Shown here one piece after another: positions 1 to 9,248 of a DNA stretch of 64,000 nt. The notes below the pieces were generated by a model, which had not been told where the DNA came from, did no database searches, and saw only the letters and a list, made by a program, of their open reading frames with translations. Source of the DNA: a virus; IMG/VR virus record IMGVR_UViG_3300046824_000031, positions 1,191-65,190 of that record; one strand, 5' to 3'. A program made the translations under genes and the position numbers. How positions within the stretch are numbered: the first letter of the stretch is position 1; every line of letters starts with the position of its first letter.

Positions 1-1
1 G

Positions 2-1036
2 ATGGCGTATGAATGGCGGCACCAACGGCGACAGCGTGCGCTGCCTGAGCCGAATAAGCTCGGGCAATCGATGCGCTACAAAGCTCGCCGTGAGCGGGAG
101 CTTACCGCCAAACAGATCTACGATCTTCAGATGCGCGAAGCGGTTATGCGCATGGCATCTGATGGGGTTCCCAAGCGAGAGATTGCAGACTATCTCTGCA
201 CCAGTACGGGCGTGGTTACCAAATATCGCAACGCTGCTCTTCGCAAGTCGATTCAGCGAGAACGAGATCGGCTTCGCTGGAAGCGCGTGGTTGCGAAGCA
301 CCACGCAATGCAGCCCAAACGACCGAAGCTTCTCCCAGGGTTTAGCCTGATGATTGGCGATATCATTCCGCCGGATGATCCTGCTGAGGATCGGCAGGAT
401 CTCCCCCCTGACTGGATGGAGGCGGTACGCGGGCCTGACTCGTCAGGTCTACGGGCGCTACCGCCTCCATCCTTCTCTGATGGGGAGGAAGATGACGATA
501 CGGTTCCCCCCTCGTCATCTTCTTCCCCTCACGGCTCCTCCCCCCACTCCTCGTCGGGTGAAGTCCTCGATTCCCCCGATGCTCTGATCATGCGGCAGGA
601 ATGCTTACGGCTTCGAAAGGCCATGATCCCCTACGACATCATGGCCCAGGCGCTGCACATCACCACCAAGGAAGCGAAACAGTACACCTCCGAGGCGCTG
701 ATAGAGCTTCAGGAATCTGAGGAACTGAATACTGATCTGCATCGGCAGTTGATGATCGCGCAGATCGACCAGATGATTGCGGCGATCCACGCTCCCTCCA
801 CCGGCTCCCATCTCGACGGAACTCCAGTGCCGGTGATGCTCGAAGCTATTGATCGGATGCTCAAGCTGATGAAGCAGAAGGCTGAGCTTCTGGGTCTGAA
901 CACGCCGGTCGCGGTGGACATCAGGATCCGACTCCAGTCTCTGGCAGCAGAGGGCGGCTATGATATCGTGGAGCTTGAAGACATCGCGAAAGAGGTGCTC
1001 CAGGCTCATAAGGTCAAGCTCCCAGATTTCAACTAA
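2..1036 (+). CDS. Putative terminase small subunit (two HTH-like segments)
   Basis: HTH-like stretches (GVPKREIADYLCTSTGVV; IPYDIMAQALHITTKEA), C-terminal LLGLNTPV typical of TerS, upstream of terL; the start may lie outside the window. Confidence 0.55.
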   Translation: MAYEWRHQRRQRALPEPNKLGQSMRYKARRERELTAKQIYDLQMREAVMRMASDGVPKREIADYLCTSTGVVTKYRNAALRKSIQRERDRLRWKRVVAKHHAMQPKRPKLLPGFSLMIGDIIPPDDPAEDRQDLPPDWMEAVRGPDSSGLRALPPPSFSDGEEDDDTVPPSSSSSPHGSSPHSSSGEVLDSPDALIMRQECLRLRKAMIPYDIMAQALHITTKEAKQYTSEALIELQESEELNTDLHRQLMIAQIDQMIAAIHAPSTGSHLDGTPVPVMLEAIDRMLKLMKQKAELLGLNTPVAVDIRIRLQSLAAEGGYDIVELEDIAKEVLQAHKVKLPDFN

Positions 1037-1053
1037 CTCTGGAGGCTACGTGG

Positions 1054-1305
1054 TTGGGTGGAGACGTGTGCTTTTCTCCTGGGGCTTTGGCGCTGTTAGG
1101 CGCGATCTGGCTCGTGCTTCAGGGGGTGATTGTCTTTCTTTTTCGCGGGTGGTTCGGGGCGTTGAACCAACAGATCGCGGCCGAGCATGCCAACGTGATG
1201 GAAGCCCGATCAGAGCGAGACCGGGTGACGGACAGTCTCGAAGCGACGATTGGCCTCGGGGAGAAGGCCGTTCGCAGAAGCGGGCAGCGGAGGAGTCCAC
1301 CGTGA
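1054..1305 (+). CDS. Holin-like single-TM/coiled-coil protein
   Basis: N-terminal hydrophobic helix then coiled coil; in the lysis cassette. Confidence 0.45.
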   Translation: MGGDVCFSPGALALLGAIWLVLQGVIVFLFRGWFGALNQQIAAEHANVMEARSERDRVTDSLEATIGLGEKAVRRSGQRRSPP

Positions 1306-1487
1306 TGCAGAAGCTCCTGGGGTTTTTGGGACTGATCCCCAGGTTTCCGGCGTCCGAAGAAGCTGACGAGGATAAGTACGCCTTTCAACGTCGCAAGCGT
1401 GTGTTGGACATCCGACTTCAGAGGCTGACCCGAGAGGTTGAAGCGCAGATCCAATCCGATGTACCGGAGGATCATGCGGCATGGTGA
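1305..1487 (+). CDS. Small hypothetical protein (60 aa)
   Basis: ATG overlaps the upstream TGA; C-terminal part of track ORF 960..1487. Confidence 0.5.
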   Translation: MQKLLGFLGLIPRFPASEEADEDKYAFQRRKRVLDIRLQRLTREVEAQIQSDVPEDHAAW

Positions 1488-1897
1488 AAGCCTCTCCCCT
1501 TGAGTGGGCCTGGACCCTGGTGGCTGCTGCCGGGCTGTGCTTCTCGATCTGGCTGGCGGTGAGCGGCTACCTGGATCTCAGGGCGGTGGTCGATGCCTCC
1601 CAGGAGAACCCACCCAGAGCGCGGATCTGGGGGCCGCGCTACTGGGTGGCGCTCTCATCCTGGTGTGCGAACGGAACCCTCTGTGTGATCTGGGTCGGGT
1701 TCATCCTGATTGGCGCGGTCGCGATGCAGTATCCGCCCCCACCGCCGACGGTGGACCAGACCGTCTCCAACCAGTGGGTTGGCTGGGTCTTGATCTTGAT
1801 GGAGCTTCTGCTGGCTGGGGTGCAGGGCTGGCACCTCTTTGTACGGGGGAAGATTGAAGCGGCGGATTCTCAGATGAGAGCACCGGGAAGGAAGTGA
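1481..1897 (+). CDS. Multi-pass membrane protein, possible holin
   Basis: About 3 hydrophobic segments; upstream of the lysins. Confidence 0.5.
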   Translation: MVKASPLEWAWTLVAAAGLCFSIWLAVSGYLDLRAVVDASQENPPRARIWGPRYWVALSSWCANGTLCVIWVGFILIGAVAMQYPPPPPTVDQTVSNQWVGWVLILMELLLAGVQGWHLFVRGKIEAADSQMRAPGRK

Positions 1898-1898
1898 T

Positions 1899-2282
1899 AT
1901 GCGTGTACTGTGGACGCTGGTCATGCTCGTACTGTCTCTGGGAGCGACTCAGGTTACTGCTCAGGCGCAAAGTCTAGCGGGGTTCAACCAGGACTGCGGA
2001 ACCTACGAATTCGACGGGGATCTGACCAAGGGCCGGACTGACGGGATGGTCGTCAAGGTTGACCACACCCAGGGCTGCTACCGGTACAAGTTCATGACGA
2101 TCATCGGGGCTGACCGCGAAGAGATGGCGTCGAACCCCACGAGCGAACGATCCTGGCAAACAGCCCTCTGTCAGAAGGCTGGGCGGGAAGCAGCCGTCGG
2201 CCACTTCCACTACTACCGGGGCATAGAGATTGACGGATCCAGCGTCAAAGTCTCCTGCACCCCCTACCGAGGAGATGACTGA
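1899..2282 (+). CDS. Secreted protein with signal peptide and 4 Cys
   Basis: MRVLWTLVMLVLSLGATQVTAQA signal peptide ending A-Q-A; four Cys in the mature part. Confidence 0.6.
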   Translation: MRVLWTLVMLVLSLGATQVTAQAQSLAGFNQDCGTYEFDGDLTKGRTDGMVVKVDHTQGCYRYKFMTIIGADREEMASNPTSERSWQTALCQKAGREAAVGHFHYYRGIEIDGSSVKVSCTPYRGDD

Positions 2283-2508
2283 TCCTATGGCTCGGCGCTT
2301 TCACCTGGAACGAGACGTAGATGAAACCGGCATTTCGGGAACTGGACGTATCGCTGAGGGCGTCCAGTTTTCGTCAGGCTGGTGTTCGATGATCTGGTTG
2401 ACGCAGTACTTCAGCGTGGTGGTCTACCCCGATGTCGAGTCAGTTGTCCTGATCCACGGGCACGGCGGCAAGACCCGTCTGGTCTGGGATGATGAGGAGC
2501 ATGCCTGA
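2275..2508 (+). CDS. Conserved phage hypothetical protein
   Basis: FHLERDVDETGISGTGRIAEGVQF resembles a widespread actinophage family; GAGGAG RBS before ATG 2275. Confidence 0.65.
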   Translation: MTDPMARRFHLERDVDETGISGTGRIAEGVQFSSGWCSMIWLTQYFSVVVYPDVESVVLIHGHGGKTRLVWDDEEHA

Positions 2509-3530
2509 TGTTTGGGCTGGTCGTTTCCCCTCCCTTCTTGCCCTCCCTGAACGAAGTCGAAGCGTTGCGGCCAGCCCTGCTCCGATCCATCCTCTATCAC
2601 GTCGATGACTGCTGGGCTGTCAGCGCCCGCAGCCGGCCCTATCTGGTGACGGTCAACAACGAGTGCGCTGAGGTCAAGTCAGACTGGAGTGGCTGGGATG
2701 ACGCGATCAAGCAGATCGCAAACCTCCCGAACAAACCCTGGGCCGTCGAAGTCGGCAACGAGTTCGACCTGTTCTGGCAGAATAACCCCCACGATGTCCC
2801 CCCAGAGTTTGCCGCCGATCTCATTCAGCGAGCTTCGGTCATACTGCGGCCCCGAGGGATCAAGGTCATTGCCACGTCTGTCGCCGGTGGCCGCTGGCCT
2901 GAGTACCTGGATCGTCTGGCCAGTCTGTGCCGTTCTTCGGTGGACTACTTCAACCTCCACCCCTACGGCCAGCGACCGACAGGCTGGGGAGTACCCGGCT
3001 GGGGGTTTGGAGACCTGAAGGACGCGATCACGACGGCTCACGGGATCTCGGGGCGACCGATCTACTGCACCGAGATCGGGGTCACCGTCGGGATGGCGGG
3101 GGGTGAGCAGCAGCAGGCTGCCTGGCTGACCCAGGCAGCGCAGACCCTCTACGATCTCGGCCCCGAGGTCTGCGAGGGAGCGTCTATCTTTGCCTGGAAG
3201 GATCAGATCGGCGCCCCCTGGGAGCGGGGTCCGAGTGCGTTCGGTCTCCGACGCGATGATGATTCACGGCGCCCTGGCTGGTATGCTTTCCAGGAACTGC
3301 CGTCCCGATCTGGAGAGGAAATGCCGGTGTTCACCGTTGGAGACGGGGTCAAAGCCCAGATGGCGTTCTATGGTGATGAGCCTGGGACGGACGAGATCTA
3401 CCACCCCATCGGAGCGTCTCAGGGCAAGCATCAGTACAGCGAAACGTTTGGTAAGTCTGGCCGCCGGTACGTGTACATCTTCTCGAACGGAAAGACCGTA
3501 ACCTACGCACCCGAGGCACCTGTTGTATGA
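2508..3530 (+). CDS. Clan GH-A (GH5-like) glycoside hydrolase with C-terminal putative cell-wall-binding domain
   Basis: VGNEF acid/base, NLHPYG, YCTEIG nucleophile; C-terminus homologous to that of the next gene. Confidence 0.75.
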   Translation: MFGLVVSPPFLPSLNEVEALRPALLRSILYHVDDCWAVSARSRPYLVTVNNECAEVKSDWSGWDDAIKQIANLPNKPWAVEVGNEFDLFWQNNPHDVPPEFAADLIQRASVILRPRGIKVIATSVAGGRWPEYLDRLASLCRSSVDYFNLHPYGQRPTGWGVPGWGFGDLKDAITTAHGISGRPIYCTEIGVTVGMAGGEQQQAAWLTQAAQTLYDLGPEVCEGASIFAWKDQIGAPWERGPSAFGLRRDDDSRRPGWYAFQELPSRSGEEMPVFTVGDGVKAQMAFYGDEPGTDEIYHPIGASQGKHQYSETFGKSGRRYVYIFSNGKTVTYAPEAPVV

Positions 3531-4375
3531 GTAGCTCAGGCACCGCAGTCCGAGGCGTGGATGTCTCGAATCACCAGGGTTGGATCGACTGGGATCAGGT
3601 TCGCGACGCTGGTTATGTCTTTGGATTCGCCAAGGCCACCGAGGGAACCTATTACAACGATCCGTACTTCCCCCAGAACTGGGGAGAGATGCACCGCGTC
3701 GGTATGCACCGAGGTGCCTATCACTTCGCACGACCGTCCTCAGGATCTCCAGACGCCGAAGCCAGCTTCTTCCTCGCTTCGATCAACCATGTCGGGGGCC
3801 TGGAGCCTGGGGACATGGTCGTTCTGGACATGGAAGACGAGAAGTACCATACGGGTGGACCCTACGCCTCAGCGGGGGCCTGGAGCCTGGGGTTCCTGGA
3901 CTACCTGGAGGAGGTTCTGGGGTTTCCCCCGCTGATCTATACCGGAGCCTGGTACACGTCGTCTCGGGGGATGTCTGAAGAACAGGGCTTAGCCGACTAC
4001 CCGCTCTGGCTCTCGAACTACCGCGCGACGATACCCGCGCCCCCTGAGCCCTGGGAGCGGATCAGCTTCTGGCAACACTCGGACATCGGACAGGTGCCGG
4101 GGATTCAGGGGAACTGCGACCTGAACATCTTCAACGGCGACGCCAGCAGAATTCCCCTTCTCGGCAAACCAGGGCACGTCATCCCCAAACCTCCGGCGAC
4201 GACCTATAATGTCGGGCCGGGGATTCTGGTCGCGATGCAGGAGAATCAGGATATCCCCGCAACCAATGAACACTATCTGACACCTGATTGGTCCGAAGCC
4301 TACGGAGAGTCAGGCTCGAAGTACGTCTACATCGCGTCCCTGAATCGTGTTGAAACGTTCTCCCCCGATGCCTAG
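3527..4375 (+). CDS. Endolysin, GH25 muramidase plus C-terminal binding domain
   Basis: GVDVSNHQG, AKATEG, GAYHF, LDMED, WQHS, DLN motifs of GH25. Confidence 0.92.
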   Translation: MSSSGTAVRGVDVSNHQGWIDWDQVRDAGYVFGFAKATEGTYYNDPYFPQNWGEMHRVGMHRGAYHFARPSSGSPDAEASFFLASINHVGGLEPGDMVVLDMEDEKYHTGGPYASAGAWSLGFLDYLEEVLGFPPLIYTGAWYTSSRGMSEEQGLADYPLWLSNYRATIPAPPEPWERISFWQHSDIGQVPGIQGNCDLNIFNGDASRIPLLGKPGHVIPKPPATTYNVGPGILVAMQENQDIPATNEHYLTPDWSEAYGESGSKYVYIASLNRVETFSPDA

Positions 4376-5963
4376 CCGTGAAAACCCCTTCTACGTACCG
4401 GAGGATGTGGCTGATGAAGTCCTCAAAGACATCGTCGTCCGCGCGGCAGCCAGCAAGAAGCTCAAGCCGAAAGTCTTCAACCCCGCTCTCGGAGCAACCG
4501 CTGAAGAAGCTGAGGAGACTCTCGCTGCCATGCGGGGCAGTGTCGATCTTTACGGTGAATACGTCTTCGGCCATACTGCTGCGAGAGTTCACCAGTTCTG
4601 GAACCGGCAAGTAGATGATGTGATCTTTCGCAGGATCCGACAGAATAAGATCCTGATCCTGGCGCCCCCCAACTCAGCCAAGTCCACCTGGAATAGTTTG
4701 ATCCGGCCCTGCTTCTACCTGGGGAACAGGCCGGATCACAACCTGCTCTTCATGACCTCGTCGGACGACATGGCGAAGACCTTCGGGACCACGGTCCGGA
4801 TGACCTTGCAGGAGTCAGAGCGCCATGCAGAAGTCTTCCCCGATGTGTCTTGCCGTCCTCACCGAGCCAGAGGCTGGTCTGGAGATGGTCTTTACCTTAG
4901 AGGTACGCCTATCGGATCGAAAGATCCAGCGTACAAAGCCGTTGGATTCGGCATGTCCGTCATGGGGGCTAGAGCAAACGGGATTATCCTGGACGATGTA
5001 CTCGACCAAAAACAAGCCGAGTCAGACATCGAGCAAGCGAAAGCCATCAACTATTACACCAAGACTGTGGTCCCTCGTCTGAACACCCAGGACGGCTGGC
5101 TGCTGGCTGTCATGACCCGCTTCGCTGAGGGGGATCTGGGGGGCCACTTTATGAAGCTGGCCGAGCAGTCAGGGGACTGGCTGATCATCCGCACCCCCCT
5201 CGAAGCAGAAGACGGCGACCCGATGGGGAGACTCCCCGGAGAGTCCGTCTGGGTTGACCAGTTCCCCCCTGAGTTCATCGCAGCCACCAAGAAGTCTATG
5301 TCGATAGCTGAGTACGATCTGGTCTATCAGGCCGATCCCCGAGGCATCGGTGGGGACATCTTCACCAACGAGTTCTATTTCAAAGATCTCCCCCCGAACT
5401 TCTGGCAGGAGATCTTCCCCCAGTGCTTCACCGCCCAGGCCGTTGACCTGGCGTTCTCGAAGAACAAGCGGACCTGTTTCACCGTGATCCTGACCTATGC
5501 CGTGGACGCCAACTTCAACATGTATCTGCTCCACGTGGACCGGAATAGGTATCAGGTCCGAGACTCTGAGGAACGCCTCAAGGAACTGATCCGGCTGACG
5601 AAGCCCCTGGTCACGGTCATCGAGACCGAGAATTTTCATGACGCCATGATTCGGTCGATGGTGATTCGGATCATGTCGGAGATCATGTGTGACATTCGCT
5701 TAGACAAACCGGAAGCTGATAAGATTGCACGTGCCCGACTTCCAGCGGGACGGGCGGAACACGGCTTTATGTATGCAGATCGGGAGGCTCCCTGGTATCG
5801 GACGTTCATGTCCGAACTCCTGGGGTTCCCCAACTCGACGTTCAAGGATCAGGTCGATGCCCTGTCCCTGGCGGCACTGACCGTGCAGAAGATGGAGGAG
5901 CAGGCCACCCGCTTGAAGCGGTCGAGTAAACCTGTACAGACGCAGATGGTGATGTCCGCGTAA
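4347..5963 (+). CDS. terL: Terminase large subunit
   Basis: LAPPNSAKST Walker A, IILDD Walker B, YQADP, nuclease AVDLAFS and DQVDALS. Confidence 0.93.
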   Translation: MLKRSPPMPSRENPFYVPEDVADEVLKDIVVRAAASKKLKPKVFNPALGATAEEAEETLAAMRGSVDLYGEYVFGHTAARVHQFWNRQVDDVIFRRIRQNKILILAPPNSAKSTWNSLIRPCFYLGNRPDHNLLFMTSSDDMAKTFGTTVRMTLQESERHAEVFPDVSCRPHRARGWSGDGLYLRGTPIGSKDPAYKAVGFGMSVMGARANGIILDDVLDQKQAESDIEQAKAINYYTKTVVPRLNTQDGWLLAVMTRFAEGDLGGHFMKLAEQSGDWLIIRTPLEAEDGDPMGRLPGESVWVDQFPPEFIAATKKSMSIAEYDLVYQADPRGIGGDIFTNEFYFKDLPPNFWQEIFPQCFTAQAVDLAFSKNKRTCFTVILTYAVDANFNMYLLHVDRNRYQVRDSEERLKELIRLTKPLVTVIETENFHDAMIRSMVIRIMSEIMCDIRLDKPEADKIARARLPAGRAEHGFMYADREAPWYRTFMSELLGFPNSTFKDQVDALSLAALTVQKMEEQATRLKRSSKPVQTQMVMSA

Positions 5964-6003
5964 ACGTGTGCTACCATAGGTTCAGCTTCCGAAGGAGTTT
6001 ATC

Positions 6004-6249
6004 ATGGCGAGAGCCACCGGTACGCAGGCCCTGTCAGTTACTCCCGTTCAGCTTCCAGCGCAGCCCTGCCTGGAAGTCAGCATCGCCAACAACGATGCGT
6101 CTATCGCCGTGTTGATCGGGTGGAACGCGACCACGCAGACCTATACGATTGCCGCTGGTCACAGCGTGGTTGTTCAGGCCCAGAACCTCAACCAGTTGTG
6201 GGCGAAGTCAGCGTCGGGCACCCCGACCCTGAGCTACATCACGTCCTAA
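6004..6249 (+). CDS. Small beta-rich virion protein (possible head decoration)
   Basis: GAAGGAG RBS; beta-strand pattern; between terL and portal. Confidence 0.55.
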   Translation: MARATGTQALSVTPVQLPAQPCLEVSIANNDASIAVLIGWNATTQTYTIAAGHSVVVQAQNLNQLWAKSASGTPTLSYITS

Positions 6250-6259
6250 GGGGAGCACC

Positions 6260-6487
6260 ATGTCTCCCTCCAGTAAAGGTGTAGCGATCACCAAGAGCGA
6301 CTCCACGGATCTGACGGGGATCAAGCAACTCTACGTCGGTACGACCGGTGATGTTGCTGTCAGGCTGACCCGAGATCCTGGGAATACGCTGGTGATCCCG
6401 ACCGTGCCAGCAGGCACGATCCTCAAGCTCAGCATCACGCGCGTCATGGCAGCTTCAACCGCTGCGGGATTCGTCGGGTTCTACTAG
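6260..6487 (+). CDS. Head-spike base protein (RcGTA Rcc01079-like)
   Basis: AITKSDSTDL..LYVGTTGDVAVRL..VPAGTIL..RVMA matches the spike-base pattern as recalled. Confidence 0.7.
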   Translation: MSPSSKGVAITKSDSTDLTGIKQLYVGTTGDVAVRLTRDPGNTLVIPTVPAGTILKLSITRVMAASTAAGFVGFY

Positions 6488-8614
6488 ATGACCTTTCCTG
6501 ACGAGAGAAGCCTCGTTGCCTCGCCCGGTTGGACTGGCTTCGCCAAGATGGGGCCGGAAGATCGGGCGAGGGCTGCCCTGGACTTCGTGTCCGATCTCCG
6601 CGAGGACTTCGTCCAGCGTGACACGATGATCCAGTTGATCGACCGCGTCGTCTTCCTGGAGCAGAAGGTCAACATCCCGAGTAACTTCCAGGACACGGCG
6701 ATCTCCGTGCAGTCCCCGCTTCCCCGGCACATCGTCAATCAGATCGTCGCGGCCCTTTCCCTGAACGCTCCGACGGTGCATTTTGACCCGATCAAGTTTG
6801 GCGACGACGGTGAAGACGATGCCGCTCATCGCTGCCGGTTCTTTGAAGGTTCGTGGGTTCGACAGCAACGAGAAAAGAAGCGCCCCCTTCACCGCCTGTT
6901 CATGGATGCGGTGGTCACCAAAGGCGACGGCTGGTTCAAGACGATGGAGCGGAAGAACCGCGCCTGGGCCAAGTACACCCCCTACTCCCGAGATCTCCTC
7001 AAGGAACTCGACCGCAAGGTAGATAGCGGGGAGATGGACCGCGACCATGCGACCAGGATGTGGGACGCCCTGACCGAAGAGAAGAAGCGTGGGCTCCCCT
7101 ACCCCATCGAAACGACCGAAGTCCCGCCGGAGTTCATGTACTATCAGCGCGGCGAAGACGGCTTCGTCCGAATAGCCGAGGTCTCAGCAGTCCCGTATTT
7201 TGAGACGCTGATCAAGCACAAGTCTGCCCTGAACGCCAAGGGCGAAGTGGTCGCGATGGACGACGTAGCCTCCCTTCCCTTGCCGATGGATAAGTGGGGG
7301 CAGGTCTTCGGGAAGTCCAACTCGATGCGGCAGACTATCGAGAAGGTAGAACTCTGGGATCCCGAGAAGTGTACGGTGATCCTCAGAGGCCCCGGTGACA
7401 TCGTAGACAAGCGACGTGGCTCTGGGATGATGGTGGAAGAATGGGATCACGGCTACGGAGATCCGAATCTGGGAGTCCTGAGGGGTCCGTATTTCCAAGC
7501 AGCCGGCATTCTTACGTCTTCTCGGGAGCCGCACAAAGCCCATCTCTCTGTCCTGTATGCCTATCTCCACTTGTTCCCGTTACTCAACGCGCTCCTGACC
7601 ATGCAGTCGCAGGCTGCCTTTTCGTTTGCGTATCCCGCGTACCGAAGAACACAGGCCCCGACCTATAACCTCCCTGACGCCCCGTTTGGGTTGGCGGCCG
7701 ATGAGATCGTAGGGAACCGGCAGAAGATTGTTCCAGGCGCCATTTTCCCGCACGACATCGCCCCGATGGATCAGCCTCATACCTCTGTTGATCTGGACAA
7801 GGCGATCCAGTTCGTCAAGTCCATGATCGACCTGGCCCTCCCTGACACCGTCCAGGGGGCGGTCTCTGGCGAGATGGCAGGCTACGCCCTGAATCAGGCA
7901 GCCCACCTGGCCTCGCTGACCTGGGGGCCGATTGTTGATAACGTCCAGACCTGTCATGCTGAGCGGACCAACTGGGAATCAGCCCTGATCGAAGAGAAGA
8001 TCGGGGAGACGGTCTACGTCTACGGGTCAGTCCCGCAGCCCCGTAAGCGGCCGGGGCAGCCTCGTCAGTACAAGGCTGGCTGGATTGGGTTGGGTCCGAA
8101 AGAGATTGACGGGGTCCACAACTACGAGATCGAACTCAAGCCGGCGACGATCAACAACGACGAGCTTGAGCTTCGGATCATTCACCAGGAACTGGACATG
8201 CGGCTGATGTCCCCCGAGGAAGCAGTCCGACGACGAGGACGTAACCCTGTTGAAGTGGAACGATCATGGATGCTGTACGAACTGAAGCAGGATCCCGAGA
8301 TCCGCAACAACATGAAGCAGCGGATCTTCCAGCAGTTGAACATCCTGGAGCAGCAGAGTATGCAGGCACTCGGCCCCGAAGGTGCCCCTGGTGGTGCTCC
8401 TCCGGTAGAAATGTCTGGCCTGCCCCCAGGTGCCCAGCCGGGTGTCTCCCAGGGATTGCCCACAACGGGATTCGTCCCACCGGCAGGTTCCGTAGCACCC
8501 GCCCCGACTCCTCCGCCGATGAGTCTCCCGCAAGCCCCTGGACAGAATCAGGGAGCGCCAGCGGGAGCTAGACCTGCGCCGCCGCAGCATCTCCCGCTTC
8601 CAGGGGGTGGCTGA
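6488..8614 (+). CDS. Portal protein with long Pro/Gly/Gln-rich C-terminal tail
   Basis: 708 aa helical protein after terL; GAVSGEMAGYALNQ resembles podovirus-type portals. Confidence 0.8.
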   Translation: MTFPDERSLVASPGWTGFAKMGPEDRARAALDFVSDLREDFVQRDTMIQLIDRVVFLEQKVNIPSNFQDTAISVQSPLPRHIVNQIVAALSLNAPTVHFDPIKFGDDGEDDAAHRCRFFEGSWVRQQREKKRPLHRLFMDAVVTKGDGWFKTMERKNRAWAKYTPYSRDLLKELDRKVDSGEMDRDHATRMWDALTEEKKRGLPYPIETTEVPPEFMYYQRGEDGFVRIAEVSAVPYFETLIKHKSALNAKGEVVAMDDVASLPLPMDKWGQVFGKSNSMRQTIEKVELWDPEKCTVILRGPGDIVDKRRGSGMMVEEWDHGYGDPNLGVLRGPYFQAAGILTSSREPHKAHLSVLYAYLHLFPLLNALLTMQSQAAFSFAYPAYRRTQAPTYNLPDAPFGLAADEIVGNRQKIVPGAIFPHDIAPMDQPHTSVDLDKAIQFVKSMIDLALPDTVQGAVSGEMAGYALNQAAHLASLTWGPIVDNVQTCHAERTNWESALIEEKIGETVYVYGSVPQPRKRPGQPRQYKAGWIGLGPKEIDGVHNYEIELKPATINNDELELRIIHQELDMRLMSPEEAVRRRGRNPVEVERSWMLYELKQDPEIRNNMKQRIFQQLNILEQQSMQALGPEGAPGGAPPVEMSGLPPGAQPGVSQGLPTTGFVPPAGSVAPAPTPPPMSLPQAPGQNQGAPAGARPAPPQHLPLPGGG

Positions 8615-8799
8615 TGAAGGAACGTCGGTGCTACCGGTGTCATCGTATGGGATTCCGAGTTCCCGTTGGGGTCACCCGCCCGAACACCTGGATTTTCTGT
8701 GGATCGTGTGGAGCCAAAGGCCCGATTCATGAGAAGCCGATTGTTCGCTGTTCATTTGGAGAAGGAGGGTCGCGATGTATGTCGGGGGCGGTCTCGTAG
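8614..8799 (+). CDS. Small Zn-ribbon protein
   Basis: CYRC and CGSC; ATG overlaps the portal TGA. Confidence 0.5.
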   Translation: MKERRCYRCHRMGFRVPVGVTRPNTWIFCGSCGAKGPIHEKPIVRCSFGEGGSRCMSGAVS

Positions 8800-8849
8800 G
8801 ATTGTTGGTCGTGATTATCCTGGTCATCCTGATCCTCAGGATGGTCTGA
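8775..8849 (+). CDS. 24-aa single-TM microprotein MYVGGGLVGLLVVIILVILILRMV
   Basis: GAAGGAGG RBS; hydrophobic; not in the ORF track. Confidence 0.65.
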   Translation: MYVGGGLVGLLVVIILVILILRMV

Positions 8850-8862
8850 CGGAAGGACGATA

Positions 8863-9078
8863 ATGGTCGAACACGCTCTGCACCCCCATCATTGCCGGAC
8901 CTGTAGTATCGAGCGAGCCCTGGCGGTCTCAGCCCTGGTGATCTTCGCGATCTTCTTCGCGGTCTTCGTGATCTGGCTGTCGTTCTCGAAGCAGAACTCG
9001 AAGCTGTACGAGGCTGATAACGTGGTCTGCGTGAGCCAGCCCCTGAGTGTCCAGTGCTTCGAGCGAAAGGCTCGGTAG
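8863..9078 (+). CDS. Single-TM membrane protein
   Basis: GAAGGA RBS; one TM helix; Cys pair after the TM. Confidence 0.6.
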   Translation: MVEHALHPHHCRTCSIERALAVSALVIFAIFFAVFVIWLSFSKQNSKLYEADNVVCVSQPLSVQCFERKAR

Positions 9079-9079
9079 G

Positions 9080-9247
9080 ATGGTGACGATTCTCTGTACC
9101 TGCTGCAAGCGGCTGATACGAATTGATCAGCCTCAGAAGCTCTGCTGGGAGTGCCAGGGTCGGCCCCCAGCCTCAGGGCATGTGATCCCGCCTGCGGGTG
9201 AACGAGCCCCAGGCTGTCCGCACATGGTTCCTGCGACGAGTCGATAA
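9080..9247 (+). CDS. Small Cys-rich protein
   Basis: CTCC and CWEC; ATG just after the upstream stop. Confidence 0.45.
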   Translation: MVTILCTCCKRLIRIDQPQKLCWECQGRPPASGHVIPPAGERAPGCPHMVPATSR

Positions 9248-9248
9248 G

